DNA of 63,409 nucleotides, the filler included, from Octopus bimaculoides (taxonomy: Eukaryota), in NCBI RefSeq assembly GCF_001194135.2. It is 7 parts of 6 records of this genome, joined end to end, with 100 filler letters (N's around TTAATTAATTAA, not from the genome) between each part and the next. Parts side by side here need not be neighbours in the genome. Positions count along the whole stretch, not along the records: positions 9,978 to 29,377 come from NC_068984.1; positions 29,478 to 35,723 come from NC_068990.1; positions 35,824 to 56,921 come from NC_068981.1; 4 more parts are not named here. The stretch is one strand, 5' to 3'. Of the stretch, positions 25,341 through 38,458 are shown piece after piece. The number at the start of each line of letters is the position of its first letter. The stretch's first letter is position 1. Made by a program: the position numbers and the translations under genes. The notes beneath the pieces are model-generated. The model saw nothing but the letters and a program-made list of their open reading frames with translations, had not been told where the DNA came from and made no database searches.

Positions 25341-25612
25341 GAACCGCTATGTAACGAGGATGTAAACACACCAAAAGCGGTTGTCAAGCCGTCGTGGGGC
25401 AAACGGACACACACGCAGATGTGTGTCATACATATATTTATATACATATATATATATATATATGATACAAATAATATATATATATATACACGACGTCTAC
25501 CAAATCCACTCCCGAGGCTATAGTGGAAGACACTTGCTCAATATGCTACGCAGTGGGACTGAACCCAGAACCATATGGTTGGGAAGCAAGCTTCCTACTA
25601 TGCAGCCACATG
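25341..25612 (-). mobile_element. SINE family A, 5' two-thirds
   Basis: Reverse complement of family A head and body. Confidence 0.85.
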
Positions 25613-27093
25613 TTTGTGTGTATATGTGTGTGATGGCCTTCACACCGTTTCTAACAGCAAATTCATCCACACGGTATTGATCGACCCGATTGCATGTTAT
25701 TAAGCACGCAGTGTCAGCCCCCGAAACCACGTGGTTACGAACCGAAATTCATAAACACACTGCAATAGCAGCGTCTTTATATACACATATATATGTGCGT
25801 GTGCATGAATGTGTATGTGTATGTACGTAGATGTGCATATCTATATATATACATGCCTTGACACACATATAAGCACCCTTTATGATTTTTCGTTCTCGAA
25901 GCAAACCCATATTGATGGTGATGGTATATGTATGTATGTATGTGTGCATGTGTCTGTATCTGTGCGTTCATATGTGTGTGTGTGTGTGTGTGTGAATGCA
26001 TACGTCATTGCGCGCCAGCATGTGTTTCATACGTGTGTGTGTGACTGCATGTGTCCATTTGTATGTATCTGTGTGTATGTGTAAATTGCATGTGTGAATG
26101 TATAGAATTGCCCCCTGCTAAAGACGAATGCTATTCTTGCACTCAGCCATCGTATTCAATTGAAAATGTATAAACAGTTTCGTGTGTTGTCGTAGCAGGA
26201 GAAGGCAAATCTTGTTACAAAATATTTTGCAGAACGGTATTTATTTTCACTGTGCACTCAGTATGAACACAATCAATATTGACTTGAAATATTTGGTTTT
26301 CAATGTTTATTTCTATAATTACACATATCGAGAAAACACGTAGTATCAGCTATTACGAATCATGTTTAGTCTTGCGGTAAATTTTTGGTTAAAATCCGAT
26401 AATGAGAAACGGAGACAGACTAAAAGTGGGAGCAGAGAGAGAAGTGCAAGTCATCATTATTATTTTACGTCTTGTCAATATCAAATATTTCTACGGTTAT
26501 TTTTCAAAACATCCAAACAACTTGTGATACTAGAAAAGGAAAACGAAGGATTGAAATTGTGTTTGTACAATTCACAGAAAAGGGAGTTGCATTCCACTGC
26601 GTGTCTAATATGTTTTCTAAGCAGGTATATTGTAATTGTTAGATACTGAATTACATTTTTCTTGTTAGGAAAGGAGAACGGCAAGAATCGCTACGAAAAC
26701 GCTTATACTATGGATTCACAAGAAATACATAAGTCAAATGAGTTTTCAAGCTTGATATTATATCATCGATTTTGTTATATCTAAAATCCCGTTCTTGCTC
26801 ATTGGTTTAGGATTAGATTGCATAACATTTGGCTCAAGAGACAGTCGCCTACATCGATGGGTTACTAGGGGTACTTCTGGTATCGCAATGGAAAGGGGCC
26901 GAAATGCCTACGGACCTGCTTCACCGCTTGATGAGAGACTCCTGAATTCGGAGATGGAGTACAACAGTACCCTCAACACGTGTTTACGATATAATATGCA
27001 TTACCGTTTTTTTTCCCTGCCGTCTATATAGAATCAAAGTCTCCTGCTGCTTTCGTATTCACCCAGAGGTACAGGGATGTATTAATTTACGCC

Positions 27094-27103
27094 TATATAA
27101 ATA
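27094..27103 (+). promoter_or_regulatory. TATA-box-like TATATAAATA upstream of the candidate start codon
   Basis: Motif ends 37 bp before ATG 27140. Such motifs are common in AT-rich DNA. Confidence 0.25.
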
Positions 27104-27139
27104 AGTTTAAATTAATGTACATAATTCCCTGCAATTGTG

Positions 27140-27236
27140 ATGGAAGCAATACCTCGTGACTGCATTATCATCCATCTGGTCATTGCTGCCTTTGCTGTTG
27201 TCGTCGTGCACGCAAATGTATTTGAGGAAGCCCAAG
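27140..27236 (+). CDS. Candidate signal-peptide-encoding first exon
   Basis: MEAIPRDCIIIHLVIAAFAVVVVHA-NVFEEAQ, hydrophobic core with a VHA cleavage-type motif, ending at a phase-1 donor AG|GTAGCT. Non-repetitive sequence. Confidence 0.35.
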
Positions 27237-27328
27237 GTAGCTTTAGACATTAGACCGGATAATTATTTATTTGCTTCACTGAACATACATAACACATCAT
27301 AGCACCAACTCAGTTTGACGTTTAATAG

Positions 27329-27429
27329 ATTACGATGCTTCGTTAGTTTTCTACGATGATCACCTGACAATACAGAACGCTGGAGTTGATGTGTTAAACA
27401 CTCCCAAAGTGCCCGAAGCAGGATATTAA
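27329..27429 (+). CDS. Candidate second (terminal) exon of the same small gene
   Basis: After a 92-nt GT..TTTAATAG intron, the phase-1 frame is open: (D)YDASLVFYDDHLTIQNAGVDVLNTPKVPEAGY*. Confidence 0.25.
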
Positions 27430-29039
27430 GGCGTTAATACTAAATTTCGGTTACCGTAATGTGTCACTTGTTTTAGATAATTGATAAATCAGTAAAAGAG
27501 AATCTTGCCAAAGTGGGAATATATCATATATACATGTGCGTGTACGTGTGTGTGTGAATATATATCTATCTATCTATATATATATATATTTTAAAAAATA
27601 ACGTCGACCACTAACGTGGACAATTAATGCGCTAGAAATAGATCACATCTTGTGTCTATTAAGACCTAAAAAGTTCTCAACATGAAATATAGCAGCATAC
27701 CAAAAACGTGAGCGGGCAATAGGTCTTAATAGACACAAGATGTGATCTATTTCTAGCGCATTAATTGTCCACGTTAGTGGTCGACGTTATTTTTTAAAAT
27801 GTACCTTAATCCCCTGAGATTGCAGATAATATTTCTGAATCTCGTTGATTCTTTAAATGTGCTGGCCCCCTGATAATTAATCGATATTAATTAATATATT
27901 AATATATGACTAATTACCAGATCTTATAATAATTATATATATATATATTCNNNNNNNNNNNNNNNNNNNNNNNNNNNNNNNNNNNNNNNNNNNNNNNNNN
28001 NNNNNNNNNNNNNNNNNNNNNNNNNNNNNNNNNNNNNNNNNNNNNNNNNNNNNNNNNNNNNNNNNNNNNNNNNNNNNNNNNNNNNNNNNNNNNNNNNNNN
28101 NNNNNNNNNNNNNNNNNNNNNNNNNNNNNNNNNNNNNNNNNNNNNNNNNNNNNNNNNNNNNNNNNGAATAGACAAATGGTAAGAATTTGTTAAATCCGAA
28201 ACCTGGTTCCTGTTTAATAATGATTTTTTTATGTGATTTTAAATGTCTTGCCCGCTCACGTTTTTGGTATGCTGCTATATTTCATGTTGAGAACTTTTTA
28301 GGTCTTAATAGACACAAGATGTGATCTATTTCTAGCGCATTAATTGTCCACGTTAGTGGTCGACGTTATTTTTTAAAATGTACCTTAATCCCCTGAGATT
28401 GCAGATAATATTTCTGAATCTCGTTGATTCTTTAAATGTGCTGGCCCCCTGATAATTAATCGATATTAATTAATATATTAATATATGACTAATTACCAGA
28501 TCTTATAATAATTATATATATATATATTCATGCGCACATGTCTTTATACATGTACACACATATACATTATATGCATATACAATACCTTTATATATATATA
28601 TATATATAAATATATATATGTATATAAATATATATACATATATGTATGTATACATAGATATAATTTTCTATATATGTGTGAATATACGATGTATGTATAT
28701 ATATTTAAAAGACGATTTCGAACGTTATCTTATTAAGTATGCGCGAAATTGTAGCGGAGCTATGGCTACATGAAAATTCCACTGATGAAACAAATGTGGC
28801 TAAACAGAGGAGTATCATCTATGGAACAGTATTATAGAAATTGTCAGAATTAAGACACTCAGCAAAAATAGTAAACATAAAGTAAAGAAGAATAAATAGA
28901 TGCAAAATGAAAGTAGATGAGATGTAAACACTATTCACGAGTCACTTTATTCAGTAGATGTATTAGTCAACCTACAATATATAAACACACACACACATAC
29001 ACACGCGCTCATACATGCATACATACATATATATATATA

Positions 29040-29377
29040 GTCACCCATAATTTAAACGGCCACGAACTAGATAAGCTCAGGAAGGATCTTATAGCTTTCT
29101 TCCAAAGGATAGGTTTGCGGATCACAGTAGATACCAACCTAAAATAAGTAGATTTCTTAGACGTAAATTTAGACTTGGATTCGAATATATTTACGCCTTA
29201 CCGTAAACCAAACGACAAACTATCCTATATCAGCAGAGAATCCAACCATCCGCCTGTTATTCTTAGAAACTTAGCTAGTAACGTAGGTAGGCGAATTTCG
29301 TCAATTTCTGAAGACGAAGCAACATTCCGCAACGCGGCACCGTATTATGATAGTGCTGTAAGGAATAGTGGATTCTC
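29040..29377 (+). mobile_element. Penelope-like element RT fragment (Neptune-type)
   Basis: LDKLRKDLIAFFQRIGLRITVDTNLK*VDFLDVNLDL..FTPYRKPNDKLSYISRESNHPPVILRNL..RRISSIS..F..AAPYYDSAVRNSGF. Confidence 0.85.
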
Positions 29378-29636
29378 NNNNNNNNNNNNNNNNNNNNNNN
29401 NNNNNNNNNNNNNNNNNNNNNTTAATTAATTAANNNNNNNNNNNNNNNNNNNNNNNNNNNNNNNNNNNNNNNNNNNNATCTGGCTCCATTCCACACCAGA
29501 ATCTGCTTCTATATAAAGTTTATTTATGACTGGTACATCTTATATCCTTTAATGAAACATGTAGAAAAATAAGTTTGTAGGTAAATTCTCCACCATATAT
29601 ATATATACTTTCAAATAGCACATAGAAGAAGGTAGT

Positions 29637-29691
<55 letters not shown>

Positions 29692-30549
29692 ATTTCTTAC
29701 ATAAAAGACTGCGTTCGGCCGTGAATGAGCATGGAATTGCACATAGAAAGTTACCCTCCGACGCACAAGTCAGGGCAAAGTTGTTTCTGGAAGACAAGTA
29801 GTCGGCCATGCATACGAGCCACCCCTCTCCACGCCACCGATGTTATCCGAGGAAGATGCAAAGGCCGATACAGCTTGGGACTTGTGACGTCGCAACTCCT
29901 TTCTACTGCTGAGTGAACTGAAGCAACGTGAAATAAATTGTCTTGCTCAAGAACACAACACAAACACCGCTGAAATATCGCATATTCATCATAGATCCCC
30001 GAATTCACCCACACTACTTAATTCCATAATTGATAGTAAGTATAAGCACATGGACAAGTTTCCTTAGTCTATGAGGAGAAAAATACTTTCTCCGGATTGA
30101 GCAGCTGTCTCATAGACTTTGGCCTTCTGGCCGTTGAAATCAATCTACTCCAGCTAGGTTAATTATGATTTCGAGGGACACATGGGACGCAGCTCTTTCT
30201 TTTTCTATCTTTATCCTTTTATTCATTCACCTTTTCGTCTCTCAATTCATCGTTTACACCCACTTTCTTATTTCTCCACGTTTTCTCATAGACCAGAATA
30301 TGCATAATGATATAAAATATTGATATATATATATAGATATATAAACATATATATATATATATANNNNNNNNNNNNNNNNNNNNNNNNNNNNNNNNNNNNN
30401 NNNNNNNNNNNNNNNNNNNNNNNNNNNNNNNNNNNNNNNNNNNNNNNNNNNNNNNNNNNATATATGAAGTGAGAGAAAGAGAAAGCAGAGACCCCTCGCT
30501 GTTAAACATCTCTAATATGTTCAGGGTGTTTTTGCTGTTGACACTAAGA

Positions 30550-30560
30550 TGACGATGACT

Positions 30561-30620
<60 letters not shown>

Positions 30621-31078
30621 GTGGTGATTGGTGATGGTGATTGGTGGTGGTGGTGGTGATGGTGGTGGTCGTGGTGGTCGTGGCGGTGGTGGTACTGGTT
30701 GTGATGGTAATATCAGTGTCGGTGGTAATTGTGTTACACAACTAATTACTAAGAAGTAATCAACGGAGATCATCTGAAAAATTATCATTATTCAAAAGAG
30801 AGGAAATGAGTAAACAAATAAATAAAGCAGCTGATGAGAAAATAAAGAAAACTGAGTTCCATTTGGTGAGAGTTCAGTTATGCTACTCTTCTTCTTCTTC
30901 TTCTTCTTCTTCTTCTTCTTCTTCTTCTTCTTCTTCTTCTTCTTCTTCCTTGCATATCGCTTCTTTTATGCTTTTTCTTTTTCTTCTTTTTCTTCCATTA
31001 TGTTCAGATTTATTGTTGTTCTTGCAGCTGTTGCTATTATTTCTTCTTCTTCTTCTTCTTCTTCTTCTTCTTCTTCTT

Positions 31079-31156
<78 letters not shown>

Positions 31157-31270
31157 GCTAGTATCGTTGCTGTCGTCGTCGTCGTCGTCATTATCATCAT
31201 CACCATCATCATCGTTGTCGTTAACATCGTCTTCATTATCGTCACCGTCGACATCATAATTAATACTAAC
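30550..31270. repeat. Compound trinucleotide islands (GAT/GGT; TTC/TAT/GTC/CAT)
   Basis: Direct reading. Confidence 0.9.
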
Positions 31271-31380
31271 ATTATTTGGATATCCTAAATTCTAGGAATG
31301 GAAAGGATTTTACAGTTATGTGCAGTAGTGTATATATGCGTGCGCCTCATTCTACATTATATATATATATATATATATAC

Positions 31381-31426
<46 letters not shown>

Positions 31427-31641
31427 TGAGAGTAAGAGTGAGAGAAAGAGAGAAGGCGGGAGAGAGAGAGAGACAGCGAGAGTTAGAGACAGCGAAAGTT
31501 AGAGACAGACCGAGAGAGATTAACCTACATAGATGGTTAGATTGAGTGATAGACAAAGATAGAACGATAGGTATAGACACAAAAGTATATATGTATATAT
31601 TTATATGTGTATGTGTGTGTGTGCATGTATATATATATATA

Positions 31642-31713
<72 letters not shown>

Positions 31714-32967
31714 AACACTGGATGATAAATATATGCATTACTTTAATCTCTTCAGTGACCACCAATTAGAAAATATCTGGGAAATATACGTAATTGGACA
31801 GGGAAAAAAATGTATATACAATTAAATGCGTAATACCTATACATATACTTACATGGTAGCATAGATTCATACATACATGCATACATATAGACATGTATAC
31901 ATGCGTACATTCATTTATTCATTCATTTACTCATTCGTACATGCATGTATACATATATACATACATACATACATAAACAAGTTTTGAAAAAAATTGATAA
32001 TTCTGAAATTGAAGAACAGCAAAATCAAGAAAAACATTGGCACCAGTAAAATATAACCGCAACAATCACAACCTCTAAAACAACAACATCTACAGCGATA
32101 ACTACAAAAAATATACATAATTAAAAAAATATATATATACGCACATTACGATTAACAACAGTAACCACACTGTACAACAGCAGGAAGTGAGTAACGAACA
32201 AATATATTCGATCGTATATAAAAAGAACAAAATACAGCGTAGGAAACGCAATGTTCTGATTAAAAGTTATCTTTTGCAGGAGAGTTTTTCCATGGATGGT
32301 CTTTTTTACATTCTGGTTAACGTAGAATATTCGCCTTAGTCCATTTTAATATGTAGTCAACGTAATGGTCTCTTTGGAATTAACGATCTGTGATCAATGA
32401 TGATGGACTGATGTTTTAGTAATGTGTAATGTATGTGTGTATGTGTAGACACGCCAATGTATTTCTACACTTACATATGGATATGCCAATATGCTTAAAT
32501 ATAGTTAGTTGGATTTCAGTGCTTCTTGTGTGTGCGTGTAAAGGAATTTCGAATATGTATGTTTGTGCACGAATGTGGATGTGTTACTGATTAAAAAAGA
32601 CCTTATGCGTCTGTCAGTATGCGTGTCTAACGTAATTGTGTGCATGTCTATGTTGATATGTAAAGAGGAGTGTTAATGTAATCATAAGTAAATGCGTGTG
32701 TGTGAGTACGGGGAGATATGAATAGATATATATATATATATACGTAGGAAAGTGAATGGTAATGTAAATTGTGGCTTCTGAGCTGCCGAGTGCACGTGTG
32801 TTAGTGTATAGCGTGCATGATTGTATAAGTAAATGCGTTCAAATAGATCTAGACCATTATTTCTGCACACCACAGAAAGGTAAATGCATACATACTAATA
32901 TACATACATGCTTACAAACATACATGCATACATATCAATGTGTATGTGTGTGTGTGTGCGTATCGAT

Positions 32968-33178
32968 CTTTTACATTTTACCTTTACTTATTTCAGGCAT
33001 TAGCTGCGGCCATGCTGGGGAATCGCCTTGAATCGAATGAATCGACCTTAGCGCTTATTTTTTAAGCCTGGTACTTATTCTATCAAATATTTTACCGAGC
33101 CGCTAAGTTACTGGACGTCAAACACCGTCACTGTTTGTCAAGCGGTGGTGGTGGCTGAGGGAACAAACACAGACACTA
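32968..33178 (-). mobile_element. SINE family A, 3' half
   Basis: GCGGCCATGCTGG..CCTGGTACTTATTCTATC..CCGCTAAGTTAC. Confidence 0.8.
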
Positions 33179-33439
33179 AGGGTATGTTTCCCCCAAGACC
33201 TGAACAAAACAATAATATCGACATTAAGCGTAGCCTCTCTGGGACAAGGCATTGCTACATTACATCACACTGCGACGGCTATGTATTTAGAATCTTTGAA
33301 AAAGAGATAGTGAAGTTACTCGAATTCCAAGATATAGCAGAAAATGTAGATTAGTTCATATTGTGCGGAAGATATCCCACATGTGATAAGTAGCTGCCAC
33401 CAAGATGTCATCAGGGCAGTACCCTACCTTGCGACACAT

Positions 33440-33902
33440 GGCATGGTTTAGTGACTGTGTAGTAAGAAGCTTGTTTCCCAACCACATGATTCCGGGTTGA
33501 GTTCCACTGCATGGCACGTTAGACAAGTGTTTTCTGCAGTAGCATCGGGCTGACCGAAGCCTTGTGAGTGTATTTGTTAGACGGAAACTGTGAGAAGACT
33601 GTCATATATACATGTATGCATGTATGTATGTATGTATGTATGCATGTATGTATGTATGTATGTATGCATGCGTGTATGAATGTGTGTGTGTCTTTTTGTC
33701 GGTGTTTGTCACCCCATCACCTCTTGTTAACCAGTATAGGTTTGTTTGCATCCCCGTAATTTAGCTGTTCGGCCAAAGAGACGGACAGTATAAGCACCAG
33801 GCTTTGAAAGTAAGTATTGAGGTGGATTCATTCGGCTAAAAATGCAAGGTGATGCCCCAGCATGGGCGCAGTCTAATTACCGAAACAAATAAAAGATAAA
33901 AG
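33440..33902 (+). mobile_element. SINE family A nested in RLE LINE
   Basis: Family A head, internal (TATG)n, tail CCCCAGCATGGGCGCAGTC..AATAAAAGATAAAAG. Confidence 0.88.
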
Positions 33903-34036
33903 TATCGCCCTGTTATTGAAGACATACTCAAACATCAGTACAGTGAAAACTGGTGGAGCATTTCCATAAAAAATAACAGGCTGGATGCTATTGTTTGAGA
34001 CAGAGGAGAGAAAACATGAGATAGAGGAAAGAAAGT

Positions 34037-34477
34037 AAGGCGGTGAGCTGGCAGAAACATTAGCGCGCCGGGCAAAATGCTTAGCGGTATATTGTCTGCC
34101 GTTACGTTCTGAGTTCAAATTCCGTCGAGGTCGACTTTGCCTTTTATCCTTTCGGGGTCGATAAATTAAGTACCAATTACGCACTGGGGTCGATATAATC
34201 GACCTAATACATTTGTCTGTCTTTGTTTGTCCACTCTCTGATAAGGCGGCGAGCTGGAAGAAACGTTACCACGCCGGGTGAAATGCTTAGCGGTATTTCG
34301 TCTGCCGCTGCGTTCTGAGTTCAAATTCTGCCGAGGTCGACTTTGCTTTTCACCTTTTCGGGGTCGATTAAATAAGTACCAGTTACCCACTGGGGTCGAT
34401 ATAATCGACTTAATCCGTTTGTCTGTCCTTGTTTGTTCCCTCTGTGTGTAGCCCCTTGTGGGCAGTAAAGAAATAAG
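34037..34477 (+). mobile_element. Two tandem SINE family B copies (GTTTGTC-tail subfamily)
   Basis: Heads at 34037 and about 34244, both with CGACTTAATCCGTTTGTCTGTC-type tails. Confidence 0.92.
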
Positions 34478-35081
34478 TGGAGCGAAAGTATGTACCGTCG
34501 GAAAAATTAGCTGCCTAGCTTAATGAACATCCCTCTAAAAATGAAAGAGAAAGAGGATAACTTCAGACAACTGCGTCCAAACAATAAGTTTCTATATCCA
34601 GATTTTAAATTCACATTCATACCAGTCATAATTCAAGCACTTGTTAATGTAATGAAATGCCTATGTGACAATTTGTATAAGCAAGGGTTTTCAGAAAAAG
34701 AAATTAACCAGCAGACCCGCATACTACAAATACAATCTGCAACTGGAAGAGTAAAAGATAGAAAGACATTGGCATACACGTAGTTATCTACATTCAAACG
34801 ATGGGGCTTCGTATCTTTGTTAGAAACCAGCTCCGTCATCAGTGAATGAATACAAATGATAAAAAACAGAAGAGTACATAATACGTACGTACGTACGTAC
34901 CTTCCTACCTACCTACCTACCTACCTACCTACCTACCTACCTACCTACCTACCTACATGCATACATACATGCCTGCTTGCCTACCTACCTACATATCCAC
35001 CTGCTTGCTTCCTTGCCTGCATGCCTACCTAGCTACCTACCTATCTACCTACCTATATACATACATACATACGTACATACA

Positions 35082-35113
<32 letters not shown>

Positions 35114-35114
35114 C

Positions 35115-35515
35115 AAATCTGTAGTTATTCAATCCAGATTACAAGTTCAGGTGTATACCTGTAATTATTGGATATCTGGGATATGTAACACATTCCTTAA
35201 ATACCAAACCAGAACGGAGAATGCTGATCTGAAGGCTACAGATCTAATCCATTACAGGAACTGTAAAATTCTGTAAAACTATCCAGAAGTTTATCATTTA
35301 AATATATGAGCATTTCTAGTTCTGCAAGTATATGCATGAGAAGACATAGATAAAAGAAAACATACAAATTTGCACTTATACATATATACACGCATACAAA
35401 AATACCCTGTTATGGATGTTGAAATTCCAACGAAGGAGCATTGGATCTACGTTAGAAACTGGTTCTTTCTCTGTTGAAAAATCTGATAATAAAACTAAAT
35501 AATGACATAAATACA
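35115..35515 (+). mobile_element. R4/Dong-like RLE LINE, 5'-truncated 3' end with 3' UTR
   Basis: NL*LFNPDYKFRCIPVIIGYLGYV; 3' UTR AAAATACCCTG..GATGTTGAAATTCC matches the reverse complement of 640-715. Confidence 0.8.
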
Positions 35516-35525
35516 CAGAAACACG

Positions 35526-35570
<45 letters not shown>

Positions 35571-35639
35571 CACAATGTAACCTCGTGGGCATCGGTGCCA
35601 TTTTCCTCTTCCTCCGTTTTTCCATTCTCCGAACTTTCT

Positions 35640-35678
35640 GTCTTTCCGACGAAGGGATCCGCCCGAAACATCATACTC
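35640..35678 (+). ncRNA. Degenerate minimal hammerhead-like motif (Penelope-pLTR type)
   Basis: CCGACGA-A-GGG/ATCCG/CCC-GAAAC-ATC; one core mismatch (U4>C), stem I poorly paired. Confidence 0.4.
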
Positions 35679-35823
35679 TCTCTCCATCCTTTCCCGAGCG
35701 TGCAATAACGCTATCCGTATCACNNNNNNNNNNNNNNNNNNNNNNNNNNNNNNNNNNNNNNNNNNNNTTAATTAATTAANNNNNNNNNNNNNNNNNNNNN
35801 NNNNNNNNNNNNNNNNNNNNNNN

Positions 35824-35856
<33 letters not shown>

Positions 35857-36534
35857 ATATATGTATATACATATGCATGAATATGTGTATGCATATTTGT
35901 GTGAAATATATGTTTATGTATGTACACACACACACACATACAAACACACACGTACAATCACACACACACACATCATTGTGGTTTTGTGGTACAAAACAAA
36001 CCAGGCCTTACTCTCCACTCAAGAAAACACACAATAAATGATTCACAAGCACTCGAGCAAACTGAGTCCTCCACTTGTTCCGTTGGCCGAAAAGTTTGCA
36101 AGACAATAGCAGGCCTCAAAAGATACAATCTTGTCTATAGAACATGATTACTGCTTTAATTTACAGAACCCTCATTTGTCGTTCACGACGAGGGAATCCA
36201 TCATATGTAAGTTCAATTCTTTGCCCTATGAGATATGTTTATGTCGCGGTAAACACATAATGCAGAACATGAATAAATTATTGGAAGTACTTAATGTTCC
36301 AAAGAGAGGAAAAGATAGCTGAATTGCTAATATTTTTTTTACTCGTTTCAGGAAATACGTGAAGCGACTCTTGACATGTTTCGGTCCTTGTGGATCTTAT
36401 CTTCGAAGCATTAACTTCATCTTACTTACAGAAATCGTGATTAGAGAATCACTTAACAAGATTCTTGTATTTCCTTGAGAAATAAAGAATAAACACATTG
36501 TATTTGTTATAGAACTAGGTAGTCATATATATAC

Positions 36535-36598
<64 letters not shown>

Positions 36599-36665
36599 AG
36601 AGAGAGAGAGAGAGAGATACATAAATACATACATACATATATGTGTACGTTATATATATATGATA

Positions 36666-36701
<36 letters not shown>

Positions 36702-38244
36702 GCGTATACATACATGCATACACACACGACGGCTTCAACGCAATTTCCCCTCTAATAAGGCATTGTTTGTTCCGGGCGTATAGTAGAAAAAACTTGCCCA
36801 AGGTGCCGCGCAGTGGGACTGAAAAATAAAAACGATGGAATGGCCATGACTGGAAAACATTTCGTCACATGACTAACCTGTGTTTTAACAATAATGACAA
36901 AAATAGCATTTCGGTTACACTTCTAGATGGCAGATATCTTCAGCAGTAAACTCAACAACTGTCATTAATTGGTTAGCTTTTCATACATATTTTTAAAGCA
37001 TCGACATAAATATCTCAGAACATTCCAAATAACTGGGTGTTATGTGTCACGTCTCTCCGGGAAAATTGTCTGCAGCAAAATTGTGCGGCAGTAACTCATA
37101 AAAGGATATAAAGGAAGTTTTTGTTTTTATTTCCTAAACAATATACAAAAGTCGTCCTTTATGTTCTTGTCATCGCTCTGAATTTGTGTGTATCACGAAC
37201 GTTGCTGTAGTTGTCATTGTTTACTAACAAATAGCTTCTTGAATTAACTTCAATATATTCTTTTCTACTCTAGGCACAAGGCCCGAAATTTTTTGCGGGG
37301 AGGAAAGGAGTGCAGTGGATTAGATCGACCACAGTACGCAACTGGTACTTAACTTATTGACTCCGAAAGGATGAACGGCAAAGTCGACCTCGGCAGATTA
37401 ACTTCTATATATTTTCAGTATTATAGTGAGGTATATTTGTGTGGTTAGAAATCACAGCGCTGGCAATATCACGGAGTAAAATAAACTTTTCTTTTGAACC
37501 AGTGACGAATATCAAACAAAAAATGAAAGTTTATTAAGGTTTCCGCTCTGCTCAGGTTATTCTAAGACACTATATTGATGCAAAGCAAACGAGAAAACAG
37601 GCAATACACACCACCTTCATTATTATTAACAGCTGAGTTTCAAATTCCTGTGTGTGCTTATATCCGACAACCTTTTTTGGATTTAAAATTTCAGCATCTT
37701 AATAAAAAAGAAAATTCTCAGAATCTTTACTTTATAAAAAAAAAAAAAAGAAAGAAAGAAAAAGAAAGAAATTTTTTTTAGGAATAGCACTTTTGAAATG
37801 TATCATGAACGAATTGTATCGAGTGCTAGTTGAAGACAGTCCCCATGCAGCACAAACTCTAGCTACGCCACTGGCTGGAACTGTATTCTACAAGCGTCTA
37901 CATTCCTGTGCCCCACCCAAGACTGGTTACCCTAGAAATTCTACTGCCCACCTCCTAAGAAATAAAATAATCATTTTAGTGGAATTTGATCAAAGAAACG
38001 AGGCAAATGGAACAGATATTATGTCTACGTTTTCCACCTTTGCCACAAACCTGCCAGGCTTAAGGGCTTCTTTCTAACTGGTACAAATATCCTGCGTCTG
38101 ACCCAATCAACAAAAAGCGCATAGATAGCAACCGCGCCGTTAAGTGTGGTGCGATGAAACACAGATACTCTACAAGCGGCACAACTTCTAGGTTGTTTAG
38201 GTCGTAGCGGGAGTCCTAACGTACCTGCTGACATCAGCTTTTAA

Positions 38245-38458
38245 CCCTTTAAGGCCGGGTGTGGCTTATTGACACAAAATGCTTTCTTCCGCAGAAGACG
38301 GGTGTGGCTTATTGACACCTGCTAAATTCTGAAGACGGAGGTGGCATATAAGCCACATTTGCGCTTTTAGCGATTTGATTGATTATCATCTTGTATTTTT
38401 TTTTCCTTTTTTGCGTTCCGCATGAAAAGACTTGCTATTTATACCCGGCCTTAAAGGG
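38245..38458. mobile_element. piggyBac-type MITE
   Basis: TTAA at 38241-38244 and 38459-38462; perfect 16-bp TIR CCCTTTAAGGCCGGGT; internal direct repeat GGGTGTGGCTTATTGACAC x2. Confidence 0.9.

Larger units (their letters stand above)
33210..34780 (+). mobile_element. Diverged R4/Dong-like RLE LINE 3' region split by three nested SINE insertions
   Basis: Collinear pieces: YITSHCDGYVF..EKEI (33250); AEDIPHVISSC..KMS..LRH (33360-33440); WWS..KNNRLDAIV*DR (33950-34010); CTVVE..ISC..LYPDFKFTFIPVIIQAL..LQIQSATGRVK (34490-34770). Confidence 0.75.

Noticed and set aside
26400-26760. GPCR-TM6-like ERRTARIATKTLILW after a possible 43-nt intron
   Set aside because: No start codon, a very short intron, an early stop and no other GPCR motifs.
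26900-26960. TTGATGA and GAAA motifs suggesting a hammerhead
   Set aside because: No stem III or cleavage triplet can be formed in any permutation.
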